A DNA stretch of 64,000 nucleotides from Cenococcum geophilum (GCA_050273025.1 CP158636.1:6448001-6512000); one strand, 5' to 3'; positions 23,775 through 36,764 are shown, counted from the stretch's first letter. Notes: a model not told the origin generated them from the sequence alone. Translations and numbers: made by a program.

Positions 23775-26700
23775 ACGTAATCCACCCCCAAGCTGGCTAT
23801 AACCCTAAGCTAGCCACCCTACCTAAAACGCGGCGCGTTACTTAGCTACTACCTTAATAGCTATACTATAATAATAAGAAGCCCTTTTTAGAGAGGGCAG
23901 GATTAATCTAGCTATTTAGGCGCATAAGTAGGGCTAAATTATAAGTTTCCGAGCAGCTACTACTATCTATAACGTGCCCCGAAGTACCGCCTAACTATAT
24001 ATTAAAGGCATTAAATTAAAACGCGATTCTATGCCTAAAAATTAACTCCTTACACCCGTATAAGAAGAGGCTCTTAAGTAGTAGATTCTATTAATAGATT
24101 AACGCGGTATACTGCCTTAGATTACAACTATAGAGTAAATAGGTACTATTCTAGCCACCTAAAACGTGTTACTAGCTACTTTATAACCTATTAATAAGAA
24201 TTAGGTACGGAAATATATTAACCACTATAATAGCCTAAAATTGCAGTTTAATTGCAAGTATAACTACTAGTGTTGGTTACATAGGGTGACTCACCAATAA
24301 CGACTACTCGAGTAGGTTACAGTGATGTTGGTTAATTCTTTTTTTTTGATAGGAATAAGGAAAGGGGTGAGGAACTTAAGGTTCCTCATTACGCTAGGGC
24401 CACGTTAATACGTGACGGCAATATGCTTTATATGACGGCAACTTGCCTTATTCCCGACACTAGCAACTCTTCTTTTTGTGGTTGCTATATATATATATAC
24501 AAACAGACAGTATACAACAATATTAGACAATATGTAATAAAACTAGATAATATGTAATAAAACCAGACGATATACGACAATGCGGCAGTTAGTAGAATTT
24601 GGTAAATAACGCGAAGACGGGTAGGCCGCTAAGACGCTAGTAGTAAGCAAGCTAATGGCGATTTTCTATACCGGGCATGGAAAATCCTAATTAGTTGGCA
24701 GAAGTCCATACCACCACCTAAATTAATTAGGTATGGCGCTCTTAGCAAGAATCTAACTAATTAAACAACTTTAACCGGCGGTTAAAGTTCCATAAGATCT
24801 TAACTTCTTTAAATTTCCCTCTTAACTTAACCTTTAACTTATATATATAGAGTATTTATATTAACAAACGTCTCTAGTGCCTTATTTGGGTTTGCCTTTA
24901 TTATCGCATCTACTAGGTTATCTTGGCCATTAATCTATTAGATTTTAAAGAGTTTTTAACGTTTATAGGACTGCCGAAGTGCTATAATATTAATTATAAG
25001 ATGCTTTTCCTTTATAGTACTAAGCTTAACTAAACACTCGTAGAGGGAATATAAGTCAGTGTATACAATTATAGGGATAGTAGGAAGTTTGAGCCGGTTT
25101 ATAATTATTTTAAGGGTAGTTCCAATTACAATTACTATATTAACTCCGCCAACTATTCTATATATCTCTAATGCTAGAACGCTTCAAGTAACGTGCTTAC
25201 TCTTAGTTAAGCTCTAATGGATAAGGTTGCTGTGGATTATAAAATTATTCTTTCCGGTAGATTTATTCGTGATAATAATCTTATATCCTAGCTAGGAGCT
25301 AAAATCTTTATTATTTATAAACGATCTATTAACGAATATAAAGAGCTTAGCGGTAGGAAGGTTAATAGGCACGTAGAGTAGTCCCCTATTAAGATGGTTT
25401 ATTTACCAAAAAAGACGCTTATTTAGGGCAAGAACGTCATCCTTAGTTGGTTCCTAGTATTAAGCGGCAATAGAGAGATTAAAGGAAGCCTTAGGTTGAT
25501 AAATAGAAGCCACATAAGCTCCGCGAGCGTGTTGCTCCATATATCCTTGCTTTAGAGAATTAACGTTAATAACGTTAATCTTCTTGCCTTAACCCTTCTA
25601 GTATAGAGTAATAGAGCCCTTATTTAGGGAGAGGATACATCTATTAAAGAGTAATAGTATTACTAAGTTAAGTCTTTCCTTTAGCTTTACTATAAGATTT
25701 ACCTTTACTAGCTTATCTTCTTTAAGAGCTAAGAATTGGTCGTCTCCTAAGATGATTATATTATCCGTTTATATACCGACGATTCCGAATAGAGTTCCTA
25801 TAGTTATAATAAGGAAGCAGAGATTAAATATAGAAGTAGTTATTAAAAGCTTCTCCTTATAGTGCTTGCTGTAGGTAGCCCACTAATAAGTTCCTGCCTC
25901 TGCGATTCTATATAATAGCTTAAGTATAACTATAATCATATCCTCGGGATATTAGTGGCGAATTTACTTTAGAAGGTATGCTAGTATTAAGCGCTAAAGG
26001 CGCGTCTCTAATTAGGTGTAGGCCTAAGTAATATCTTATAGGTAAACCGCCATCCTATTCTTTATTAAGGAGGGAGCTAGCGTAATAATAACTTGTTAAC
26101 TAGCTCGTTAAATTATAGGGAATTGCGTAAGAATTACTTCCTTACCATTATTATTATAACCTTAAATAACTAGCCTTAACTTCTTAAATGGGGTATTGGT
26201 AGCTTTACCTTTAATCTTATTAACTATTCTTAACTTAAATATACGGACTCCATCGAACTTAGTAGGGTCGTATTTCTTAAATTTAAAGACTTCTTTTATA
26301 ATAAGACTGTCGATCTCCTGCTTATTAGATACTTAGAAAGAAGCTCTTAGAGTTATAATACGGCCTTCCTTTTAGAGCTATTTTACAAGTTTAAAGTTAG
26401 CCTTCTCTTTAGCTGTTATAAAGGCCATTAATAGTTTATCTCCATTCTTAATAGCGGTAACAAATTGCTCTTTAAAATTAACAAGATATTAGCAATTTTG
26501 TAATCCCTTTAGGCAACCTCTACCGCGTCGTAGTTGCAGTATATCTACTACAATTATATTAGAATCGCCTTCGCCTTCTAGAGCACATTAATTATAGTTC
26601 TCCTCTAGGGTATCCTCTAGGGTATTCTATAAAGGCTTAAAGCTATCATCCCTATAGTAGGGCTTAATAATAGTTAAGCGGAATTAAGTGGGTCTATAGG

Positions 26701-29700
26701 GCATCTAAAGAGTATAAGTTTAACTATTAATTATAATAAGTTTATATAGGCCTAACCATCCTCCCTTTTTACGCTATACGCGTACCTCCGATTAGAGTGG
26801 CAGATTAAGCGTAGTTAAGGTATTTAGGCTATTTCTTATTCCTAATATATTATTGACCTAGCGCGTAGCGTAAAGATATTATACCTCCTTTATTGCCTTA
26901 TAAATAGCCTTAGCTTATTATATAATAGAGGGAGATAGTAGAGAATCGTTAGTTATTTAAGGGTAGGCGCTAAAGACTAGTAACGTAGGTATAAGCCCAT
27001 CTAGGCTAGCGGTATCGTTAATAGCCTTAACAGCTATCTATAGGATAAGCTCTTCGCTAGTACCCTCTAGTTCTAAAGAAATAATCTTATATACGCGGCG
27101 TAATGGTATATAATATTATTTTACTTTTCTAATACTATTATATGCCTTAACGGGGACTTCCTTAACCTTAATTATTATTACCTTTGCCTATTATTAAAAC
27201 TCTATAGATAAAAAGTTCTTTTCTACATTATAAACGATTTAATTAGGGGGTCCTAGGTAGACATTAATCTAGCATAATTAAAGAGTATCCTATGCGTTCC
27301 TAGCTAATATATCTTTTAAAAAGCGTGCGGCTTAAAAGGAGGTTAAGAAGTTAACAACTTAGAGTACTGGCTTACCGCTAAGATACATAACATCTATAAT
27401 AATGCAGAAGTTAAAGTCGTAGTTGTCTTTAAGAGTAAACTTAAATCGGCTAGAGGACTTCTAGTTTATTTAGCAGTAGTAGCAGTACTTTATAAGATAT
27501 TTAATTACCTTAACCTTAACTTTATAACCTACTTACTAAAGGACCCTAAGCAATTAGTAAACAGATAGGTAGCTAAAACGATGGTGTAGTTAACGTAACT
27601 CTAACTTAGTTAGGTGGCTCTAAGCAACGCTCCTTTCTAGCTGTTAAAGGAGCAACTAAGGGTAACCCTACTTGCGTATAACGGGCACCCGGTTATTTCC
27701 CTAAACAAGTATATTCTTAAGGTTATTAAGCTTAACACCCAATTTATCTATATCTTAGATGTAGAATAGGAATAGGGTGTTCGCGGGGATAATATAGAAA
27801 GTAATATATCCTAATAGGGTTTAGACCTTAATTGTGCCAAGAGAGATTATAGTACCCTTGCTAAAGCGAATTGTATATTAGCCTACTATTAATTAGTTAA
27901 TCTAAATAGAGCTATTAAGCTGCTAAAGAGCTTAAACTTAAGGCTCTCCTGCTATAGATACTCCTGCGGCTCTAGTATCTAGTATAATGCTATAGAAGAT
28001 ATTCGCCAAGTATCTATTATTAAAGGAAAACGCGGAACTTTCCTTTAGCTCGTTAAAGATATCTAACTTTATAATAGAATAGAGCGTAGATTGGTTATTA
28101 AGGATAGCGACGGTTTATATACCATTTACCTTACCATACTTAGTAAAGTATTGGTTAGGAGAGTAGTCCTTAATTTCTATATCTATAAGGAGCTGTTCGG
28201 CCTCATTAACCTTACCCTTAAGATCTTCTTCGCCTTTATATTGAACCAGGAAGTTTTAGAAGTAGGCCGTAGTAACCTCTTAGTTTCTAACGTTTCGTGC
28301 GCTCTAGCGAAACCTATTATATGCCTCCTTTTATCTATTAAGAGGGTGTCTAGTTAACTAGTAATTTAGCTTCTTATAAATATAGCACTTCTTCTAACAA
28401 TCGCTCTAAAGTGAACCTCTATAAGGACCTCTATAATTGCCTTATAGTTAATATTAATTATACCCTTTACTATATCCCCTACCACGTCTACTATATATTC
28501 AATTAGTCCAGTTATAATCATATTAGTCAGCCGGGTTAATTAAGGTAGGTTAAAGTTAGGCGTTAAATTGCTATACTTCTTAAAAGCGTAGAGCGGTGCC
28601 AATAGAGGATCTTAATTAAGTATACACTCCTTTATAAGTACTTATAGGGTTAAAGAGAGCAAGATTGCATTCTTCGATACCTTAGTATACGCTAATAACT
28701 TAATTATATAGGCTAAGGTCCTCTTAATATAATTTGGATAAACCACGCTAAATTATCTAAAGTTAATTAAAGAGCTTTTAAAGATAATTAAGCCAAGAGA
28801 CACCTAGGTTTATAGCAATAATTCTTAAAAAGGTAGTCTCTCTCCACTCCAATATATATTGCTGCTTATTCTCTTCTATTTTAAAGTAGCATCTTATCTT
28901 ATATATTATTTAGTTAAAATTATATCCTTTTCCTACCAAATAATTATAATAGAAGGTACTAGCGCAGCCCTTAAGCATAACGGAATAGGCGTTATAATAT
29001 TGGTTAGGTTCTAGTCTAACCTTCTAGTAATAGTTATAGAAGATACATAGCTTCGAATTAAGGATATTATATAGTTCCCCGCTAAACTTCTTCTCCTAGT
29101 CCGTATAGAGCTTCGTAAGCTCTATAAGCATTTTTAAGGTGCCTCTAAGTAGTATTAGACCACGTTAAAATTGCATTAGAGATTAAGGTAGGGATTGCTT
29201 TATAGGCTGTAGTGGAGATATAGGGCTTAGTAGAGTACGGCGTGGTACCTAATCTTCCTGTAGTAGAGTTTAAAGGTTGTTAAATTGTAAAGCAAGGGGA
29301 TCTTGCGCTTGCTCTTAAGGGGTAGTAGTTAACGTTGCTAGTTAAATTAGTGGATTCTAGGGAGCTGGAGATAGAGGTAAAAGCGATAGATGCGGAATAT
29401 AAGAACTTATGCCTAGAGTAATAGAATTAGAGCGCGTCTCTATTAGCATATCGTTTAGATTCCATTATAAGTTGAGCTTCCTCTTAGTGCGTAGTTGGTG
29501 CTCAACCTCTTATAGAGTCTATTCGTGCTCTTCTTTTGCGTTAATAACTTACTCCTAGATATTATCTCTAATAGCACCCCTATCTATAGGGATAAATACT
29601 CTATTCTCCTAAAGGAAGTTACGGAAGTCTTGTACGACGTCCTTCTTTATAAGAGCCCATATTTCCTTTATTTATTTAATAAAGTCCTCCTTTATATAAC

Positions 29701-30579
29701 ACTATAGCTCGGTATTATTATATTCGCTGTCTATATAGTATACTATACGGTATACTAAGAATCCGTTTAGGTCCTGTTCCTTGGCGTTTATAGGGTCAAT
29801 ATCTATATTCTATATCTCCGGGTTAATGCTTTTCTTATACTTCTTTGGGTAGGTTAACGCCATAGTAGGTATAAAATCGACGGGGTGTCGTACGTCAAAG
29901 GTAGGTAGGGTTTTTGGCTTTGTAGAATCTCGTAGGTTTGCTGTTAAAAGGTAGGTAATCGAGATGTTGTTAACGCGTTTTGGACGTTGACTTTAGGACT
30001 ATAGGTTTAGTAATACTTCTAACCTAAAGTACTCAACCAAATCTTTGTATGCGTAGTTGTTTAACGCGTTTTAGACGTTAATTTTGGGACTATAGGTTTA
30101 GTAATACTTCTAACCTAAAGTACTTAACCAAATCTTCGTAAACGTAGTTGTTCTGCATAATAGACGCAACTTGGTATCTCCTAGTACTTAGTAATACTTC
30201 TATTACTAGTTTTCCGTAAGTTTAAGGTAGCATAGTATCGCCGGGATCCATTCTATATAAGCGCATATAGCACCCCTACACGAGACTGTCTCTTCTATTC
30301 GAAAACCTAGCTACTCTATAGTTGACTGTATATTTAACTACTAATTAGTGTTAGTTATATAGGGTGACTCACTAATAATAACTACTCGAGTAGGTTACAG
30401 TAATATTAGTTAATTCTTTTTTTTTAATAGGAATAAGGAAAGGGGTGAGGAACTTAAGGTTCCTCACCACGCTAGGGCCACGTCGACACGTGACGGCAAT
30501 ATGCTTTATGCGACGGCAACTTGCCTCATTCCCGACAACTAGCGTACTAAGTGCGAAGATCCTATGCTTATTCGCGCCT
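23775..30579 (+). mobile_element. 5' part of a second pogo/Fot1-type transposon, interrupted by Copia (24271-30537) and then Gypsy C (30580)
   Basis: TA+ACGTAATCCACC terminus. HTH-like EGRI(D)LAI(Q)A...Y(D)VPRSTA. The reading KY(D)Y(Q)|R(A)KCEDPMLIRA continues across the Copia insertion. Confidence 0.85.
24271..30537 (-). mobile_element. Full-length Copia retrotransposon, GalEa-like, RIP-mutated
   Basis: 189-bp LTRs 24271-24459 and 30349-30537, TSD ACTAG. Integrase precedes RT. De-RIPed motifs FV(DG)SF, KSK.VT.SVLA.EIY, KEKHLII. Palindrome ACT(G)AT(C)AGT directly after the 5' LTR. Confidence 0.9.
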
Positions 30580-31615
30580 TATTACGGTGCTAGTAGAAAC
30601 TAGTAAAAACTAGTAGAAACTAGTAGATTATAACTAGTAAATATCGGTAGATTGTAGTGGACAATCGTAGATAGTTTTAGATAATTGCCGTTATGTAATT
30701 AGAGGATTATATATAATGTTAAGCGGCGCTACCCTCCGTCTTCTTTCCTTTCTTTAGCTTTAGATCTTTGTTTATAGACAATCTAATTATATAGGCTTGC
30801 GCGACCCTTTTACCGTACTTATACCTTAATTAACTAAGTTGCTAATATTATCTAAAGCTTATCTACTCTTCTTCTTAAAAAAGAACTTAAATATATTTAT
30901 AGGACTAGATATAGGAATAGAATATAGAAGTAGACCTAAAGACTATTACTAGAACTAGAATAATAGAAAAGAATAATAGACCTATAGAATACGTATAGAC
31001 TAAAACCTCTGCAGAATTCTACTAGAAGTTACCTTAATAACTATATTACTATATTAAGAAATATAGTAGCCGGTAAAATAGCTATAGGATTAAATACCCT
31101 TAATAGTAAAATAGTAATTAACTTAAACTTTTAGGTAGAGCTTATAGTAGCTAATACTAAAATTAAATAATTTTAAGAGCTGCTTAAAGCTAGAGAACCC
31201 CTTATACTAAGTAAAGAGTTATTAGATACCTAGAGACTTACTATAGTCCTTAAAACCCTAGCCTAATATATAGTATTAGTATTATTATAGTCCGTAAAGG
31301 TTATGGACTTCTTATTGCTTACTAATAGAACTAATCCTATATTTAATAATTAGAAGCTTTAATTATAGGATAAGCTTAAGGTTAATGCGGACTACTTTCC
31401 TACTACTTAAGCTAAAAAAAGCCTATATCTTTAGCCGTACTGGCGGAAATATATAAACGTACTTACGTCCGTAATATATACAGGACTTAATAAATCCCTT
31501 TCTCTCTAAAGAAGAGATAATTACTTACCTGTCTTCTATTTATAAGGACCCCTTTAAAGTATAGAATATATAGCTTAATTATAAAAGCCTAAATATAAAA
31601 ATAATAGAGGCCTCC

Positions 31616-33089
31616 CTCTACGTAGCCGAAATAAGTGTCGGTTTGGGGCACGTGCGCACCCACCAAAATCATGCTTCACGATCATCGTTTACAACACCAT
31701 AATACAGCCAAATCAATTCAATATCGAGTTATCTGCCCGTCAGCCCTAATGCACTCATGTAGGCGCTTCGTATACCAGCTGTACATCTTTACAGTCTTCT
31801 CCTGATCTACTTAATTCTCCCAAACATCTATAAAACGCTCTAATGCTATATCCTCCTCTTCTACGCGCTTTAAATGGAACTTCTTCTTAACAGGATGGGC
31901 TAAGGACTCTATAATTAATAGATCTGGTAATAGACCAGATAATATTAGAAGCTTTAAGTCCTATTCCTTTACCCAGGCTAAAGACTCCCTTAATTTATGC
32001 GCTAAATCTGCATCCTAATATAAAGTAATTCCCTTAATATTAAACTTTAAAAGAAGCCATGGCAACACCTGCTTGGTGTAGGCTTTTAAGCTTATTTTAT
32101 CCACCTAGTTATCTACCTTATATAAGAAGAACTTCTTCTAGGTCCTGCCAATAACAATAAAGATATTAAACAGTTTAAGATGCTTCTTCTCTTGGGCCTC
32201 CTCCTTTTTATCCTTTTTAGTAACTCCCTTCTTTCTATAAATATTCTGTGGCAAATAGCAGTAAAGATTACTACTCCTTCTCTTAATTCTATAGGTTTCT
32301 TCTACACCTAAACCAAAGTAATATTTATCGCAAAAAGCAACATTATTCTAGTCCTTAGGATGGGGTCTTTCTTTTAGCTATAAATAGCACTAATTCTTCC
32401 TTTTATCTGCCTGCTCTGGGTTAAGCCACTTCTTTTCCTCCATCTTTGCATTAATATATCCTTTATCCTTTTTTATAGCTCTTTAAATTAGCTTATTTCT
32501 AAGAGGTTAGCGACCTATTCTCTAAGTTGGAACCATTAGAAGATCTTTATAATTTGGGGCCTTTTAAATAATAGTCTGCTATAGGGCTGATTTTAAGTCT
32601 TAATTAAGATTAGGGTCGTCCAAATACACGGCAATAGCGTGGGTGTCTTCCTTTGTAAGGGCTCAATTTCTCCCTCTTGTTTCTGGCCTAGAATTATATA
32701 TAGTTCTGTATTGCTTTAAGGCTACAATATGTTGCTAAGAGCGCTCAGCAATTCCAGTAGCCTGCTGTATAATAGCTGGAGGAATAGCCTTGCCCAGTAA
32801 TTGGCCAAAGATTTTGGCGTAGAGAACTCCTGTGCGTAGAGGAGTCTTTAGATGCTTATTTTCCCTAGCGTTGTGGTATAATTCTAGGGGTGGGGTAAAG
32901 TGTTTGGCCCGCATCTTTTGGGATGCAGGCTCCTTAGTGACTCGGGTTATAATTGGTAATTACACCGAACGAATTTGGGTGCGAAATGGTGGTGTCGTGA
33001 GGTTTGTTATAATTGAGGCATGCTTAGGGGCTTTGTTTGGGTGGGGCGTGCACGTGCCCCAAACCGACACTTATTTCGGCTACGTAGAG
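31616..33089 (-). mobile_element. Tc1-like DD34E DNA transposon with 40-bp perfect TIRs
   Basis: TIR CTCTACGTAGCCGAAATAAGTGTCGGTTTGGGGCACGTGC at both ends. Motifs VAFCD, (Q)DAD(S)AH and (S)PDL(S)IIE, with 34 residues between the second D and the E. Flanked by CCTCC direct repeats. Confidence 0.9.
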
Positions 33090-34336
33090 CCTCCTTAGCC
33101 TTTTAGACCCGCTTTTTAGACCTAACTAGCTAGGCCTAAATTCCCTAGGAAGATTTAATACTAAACCTATTTAATAAGCTTACCCTAGACCTATAGTAAG
33201 CCGTATTACTAGTTTTTACTATTATATAGACGCTAAAGGAACCTATAGACTAGTGGTTAGCTATTAACTAAGGCCTTTACTAAATTAAGATATGTGCCAA
33301 ACGGTATAAAGCCAGAAACCCTTTAAATTAGACTATAAGTAATATAAAAACGGCCTATAATACCCTAGCATAATTAGCGACCCCTATAATACTACCCGTA
33401 TAGCCCGCCGCTAATTTAGTAGCTAGCTATACGGCTAGTCCTACTATAGGTCCGGTAAATACTTGGCCTATATATAACAACCCCCGTATATAGGCCCTTA
33501 GCAATTAAGGCGCTTACTTCTTTTATAGTTAAAAAGGCTACTATATAAAAGATTGCCTAATAAACGTAAAAGTAGATAAGGTTTTATTAATCTAGGAGGA
33601 TAGTATAGAGTTAGAAAAAGAGGAACCTTAGAGGAAGACTCCTCTCTAAGGTTAAAAGGGATTAATATATTATATATTAATCTAGGTTAGCTAATTAATA
33701 GAAAAAGCTGCACTATCCCTTATACTTTATTTTATAATAGATATTAAGTTTTAACCTTTACTTTAGCTAACTCTAAAGTAAATGCCTTTACTTTAATAGA
33801 TACCTAGTATACTATAAAGCTGGCTAACTTTTTAAATATACCTATTAAAGAACTACCTAAACTAATTTTTATTTAAGGGTATAATAAACGGATAGGGCTA
33901 CCTATTATAACTATCTTATAAATTTACCTCCGCGTTAATGGATAAAGGTAGTATAATATCCCCTTTTTTATTACGGACCTAGAAAGCTATAACATAATCT
34001 TAAAAAGAAAATGGCTAGCTTATTTAGGCTTATAGCCTAATATATAGAGTAGGCGGCTTATCTAGCCTAAAACCCTACCCTTAATCCCTTCTTTTATAAA
34101 AGAAATCAGTATTATAATAGAAAACCTTATACAGCCCTAAATTAATACTATTTACTAGGCAGATACTATATATAGAGACTAGGCCTTTAAGAAAGATATA
34201 CAGCTTAACCTATAACGGATTTATATATTATACTGCCCCTAGACTAGCTATATTACGCTACCTATACTAAAGACCTAGAAAGTTAGTAGTAACTTAGCTA
34301 AGTTAACTATAGAGGACTTAGGCCCTATATAGCTAT

Positions 34337-36035
34337 TGTTACGGCACTGACGCGCGTAACCTGGATAGGGCCTAGTTAGGGGGGTTCGCTTACGTCTTGG
34401 CTCCATGTATATAGACGTGTCCTTTCCACAACCTTCTTCTTCTCCTTATCTTAATATCCGGGTTAATAGACTACCAATTATATAGGCTTGCATACGTTCT
34501 ACGGCGCTCGTGCCTTAATTAACTAAGTCGCTGTGATATTATATCAAGATCCCTTAACCGATCGCAGGCTGTTGTATCCCAGGTTAAAGAAGCCCTGTGG
34601 CCTAGGGTAGTTAATAGGTGACGGAGCCCTATATACTAGTAGGCAAAGGAAGGAAGGAGAGCCTAACTCCTATAATAAAGAAGGCAGGAGATGCATACTC
34701 TGAGACAAAGCAGGAATTATTGTTATTGTCATTAAAGCCCTATAATTGTAGGAATCATCGAAGTTCTATAATCGTAGACACACTTACTATGGTCCTGTGG
34801 TAGCTGGGTATGGAATCCCTACACTTATAGGTACCCTCCCTTATATTCTCTTCTTTTTTTCTTTTCTCTCTACTAAACGGCCGCCTATGCTATGGGAAAG
34901 CACGTGCCAAGCGGTAACCTCTTTCTAACCGTACGATCTCGTTGACTAACCGAGCAACGCGTATATCTATTAACCAAACGTGTACACCTACCGACTAATT
35001 AATTAAACGACGACCCTTTAAACGACCACCGTACGTCTCTATCAGACGCTTGCACCATACTGCTACCTAAATAGTCCTTTTTGATGGATACTGAGCTACG
35101 TATACTATGAGGAACGAAATCGGTTGATACTAAGACTAGTGCTATACACTGGCTGCGAAGAACGACCCCAACTAATACTAAGTTGTATAAGCTGCGAGGA
35201 ACGAAATCACTAGGACTATCGACGCTGGCATTACTCTGCTATTGACTACCGATCGTGCCGATATGCATATAATCTATATACTTAACAACAGTAGCGCTAA
35301 TACGCCTGCTACTACAACCTGACTATAACTGTGCCGATACGCCTACAGTCTTCTAACCGTACGATTGTGCCGTTACGCCTGCGATCCACGACTTCCGCTT
35401 GCATCGTACTGCTACAACAAACGACTGCCCTACTATAGTCGACGAGACTAATCAATAGCCCGAGCTCTACGTTTGACCTACTATTACAAGACAACCGATA
35501 GACGAGCTCTATACTCGACCACTATCGTTACCGCCGCTAGTACCGTACTACTACCCAAACACAGCTGCTCCTACCTGCAGCTAAACCTTAATTCGACCAC
35601 TACTGCTCCTGCCTGCAGTACCACAATTGACTTCTGCTGCTACGCCCGCAGCACTACGATTAACCCTCGCTGCTCTGCCTGCAGCATTCTAACTAACACT
35701 CGCTGCTCTGCCTGCAGCATCTTATCGACTACTGCTGCCCTACCTGCAGCAAATAACTACAACTGTATAAGAGGTAAAAGATAAGCACCTAAGAATAAAG
35801 CTTAAGGGCAAGCTTTTTTAAAGGGGGGGGTAATGTTACGGCACTGACGCGCGTAACCTGGATAGGGCCTAGTTAGGGGGGTTCGCTTACGTCTTGGCTC
35901 CATGTATATAGACGTGTCCTTTCCACGACCTTCTTCTTCTCCTCATCTTGATATCCGGGTCAATAGACTACCAATTGTACAGGCTTGCATACGTTCTACG
36001 GCGCTCGTGCCTCGATTGACTGAGTCGCTGTGACA
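34337..36035 (+). mobile_element. Non-autonomous LTR element (TRIM-like, 1699 bp), Gypsy-type
   Basis: 202-bp LTRs 34337-34538 and 35834-36035, TSD GCTAT, PPT AAGGGGGGGG. No recognisable pol motifs inside. Confidence 0.92.
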
Positions 36036-36764
36036 GCTATAAAGGAAAGCTAGGAATATTAGACGCTATACTAAACTAATAAATAGGAAAAATAACTTAT
36101 AGAAAATAGAATATAAGCTAAGAAAGACTATAAACCCTATACCGCAAAATATAACCTAATAGATATTCGTAAAGAAACTAGCGGACCTCTTACTAGTTAA
36201 TGTCTGCTATATTAGTACTACAGAATTCTACTAGAACTTAGTTTAGCCTAATACTATTACCTTTATAACTAGCTTATACAAAATTAATTAAACAATTAAG
36301 GAAAAGGAAAGTAAGCTTAGCGGATAAAAAAGCGAGCTTATAAATAAGAAACTAATAGAATAAAAGCTGCCCTATTATGTTATAATATTCAATTACGCTA
36401 TTGCGGCTCCCGTTAGGGTCTATATAGCGGGTCTATATAGGTATATATATATATAAGAGGGGAACCGTACAACTAGGACTAGATAAAACCTCTCCTTCTC
36501 TTATTATACGGCCTATATAGCCTCTCTTCTAATTAGTAACTACTAAGCACAAATAAACATCTTTTTAAGACGCTATAAAAAAAGCCATCTTAATGCGTAC
36601 TCCTAGGTCTATCTAGTGGGGTATATAGCTAGGGCCTAAATTTCGTTCCTAGCTGCTCCAGTTATTTAGGTAGGGCGTAGGCCGGTAGCTTATAAGGCTA
36701 GTAGTGGTGTAGAAGTAGAAGGTTCTGTTATTTGCATCTATATTAATATATATAGCTCTATACC

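Larger units (their letters stand above)
30580..36377 (+). mobile_element. 5' part of a Gypsy family C copy (LTR 30580-30847, gag, zinc knuckle, protease) hosting three insertions
   Basis: Aligns with the reverse complement of ~41370-43926 once the inserts 31616-33089 and 34337-36035 are removed. Breaks at 36378. Confidence 0.88.

Noticed and set aside
24660..24790. Hammerhead ribozyme (CTGATGA...GAAA)
   Set aside because: CTAATTAG cannot derive from CTGATGAG by transitions alone, and the 1-nt-spacer palindromes fit DNA dyads better than RNA stems.
29970..30150. 91-bp tandem duplication in the Copia leader (also 21-bp repeats near 53656-53725 and a 75-bp repeat near 2218-2355)
   Set aside because: Real but ordinary local duplications within retroelements.
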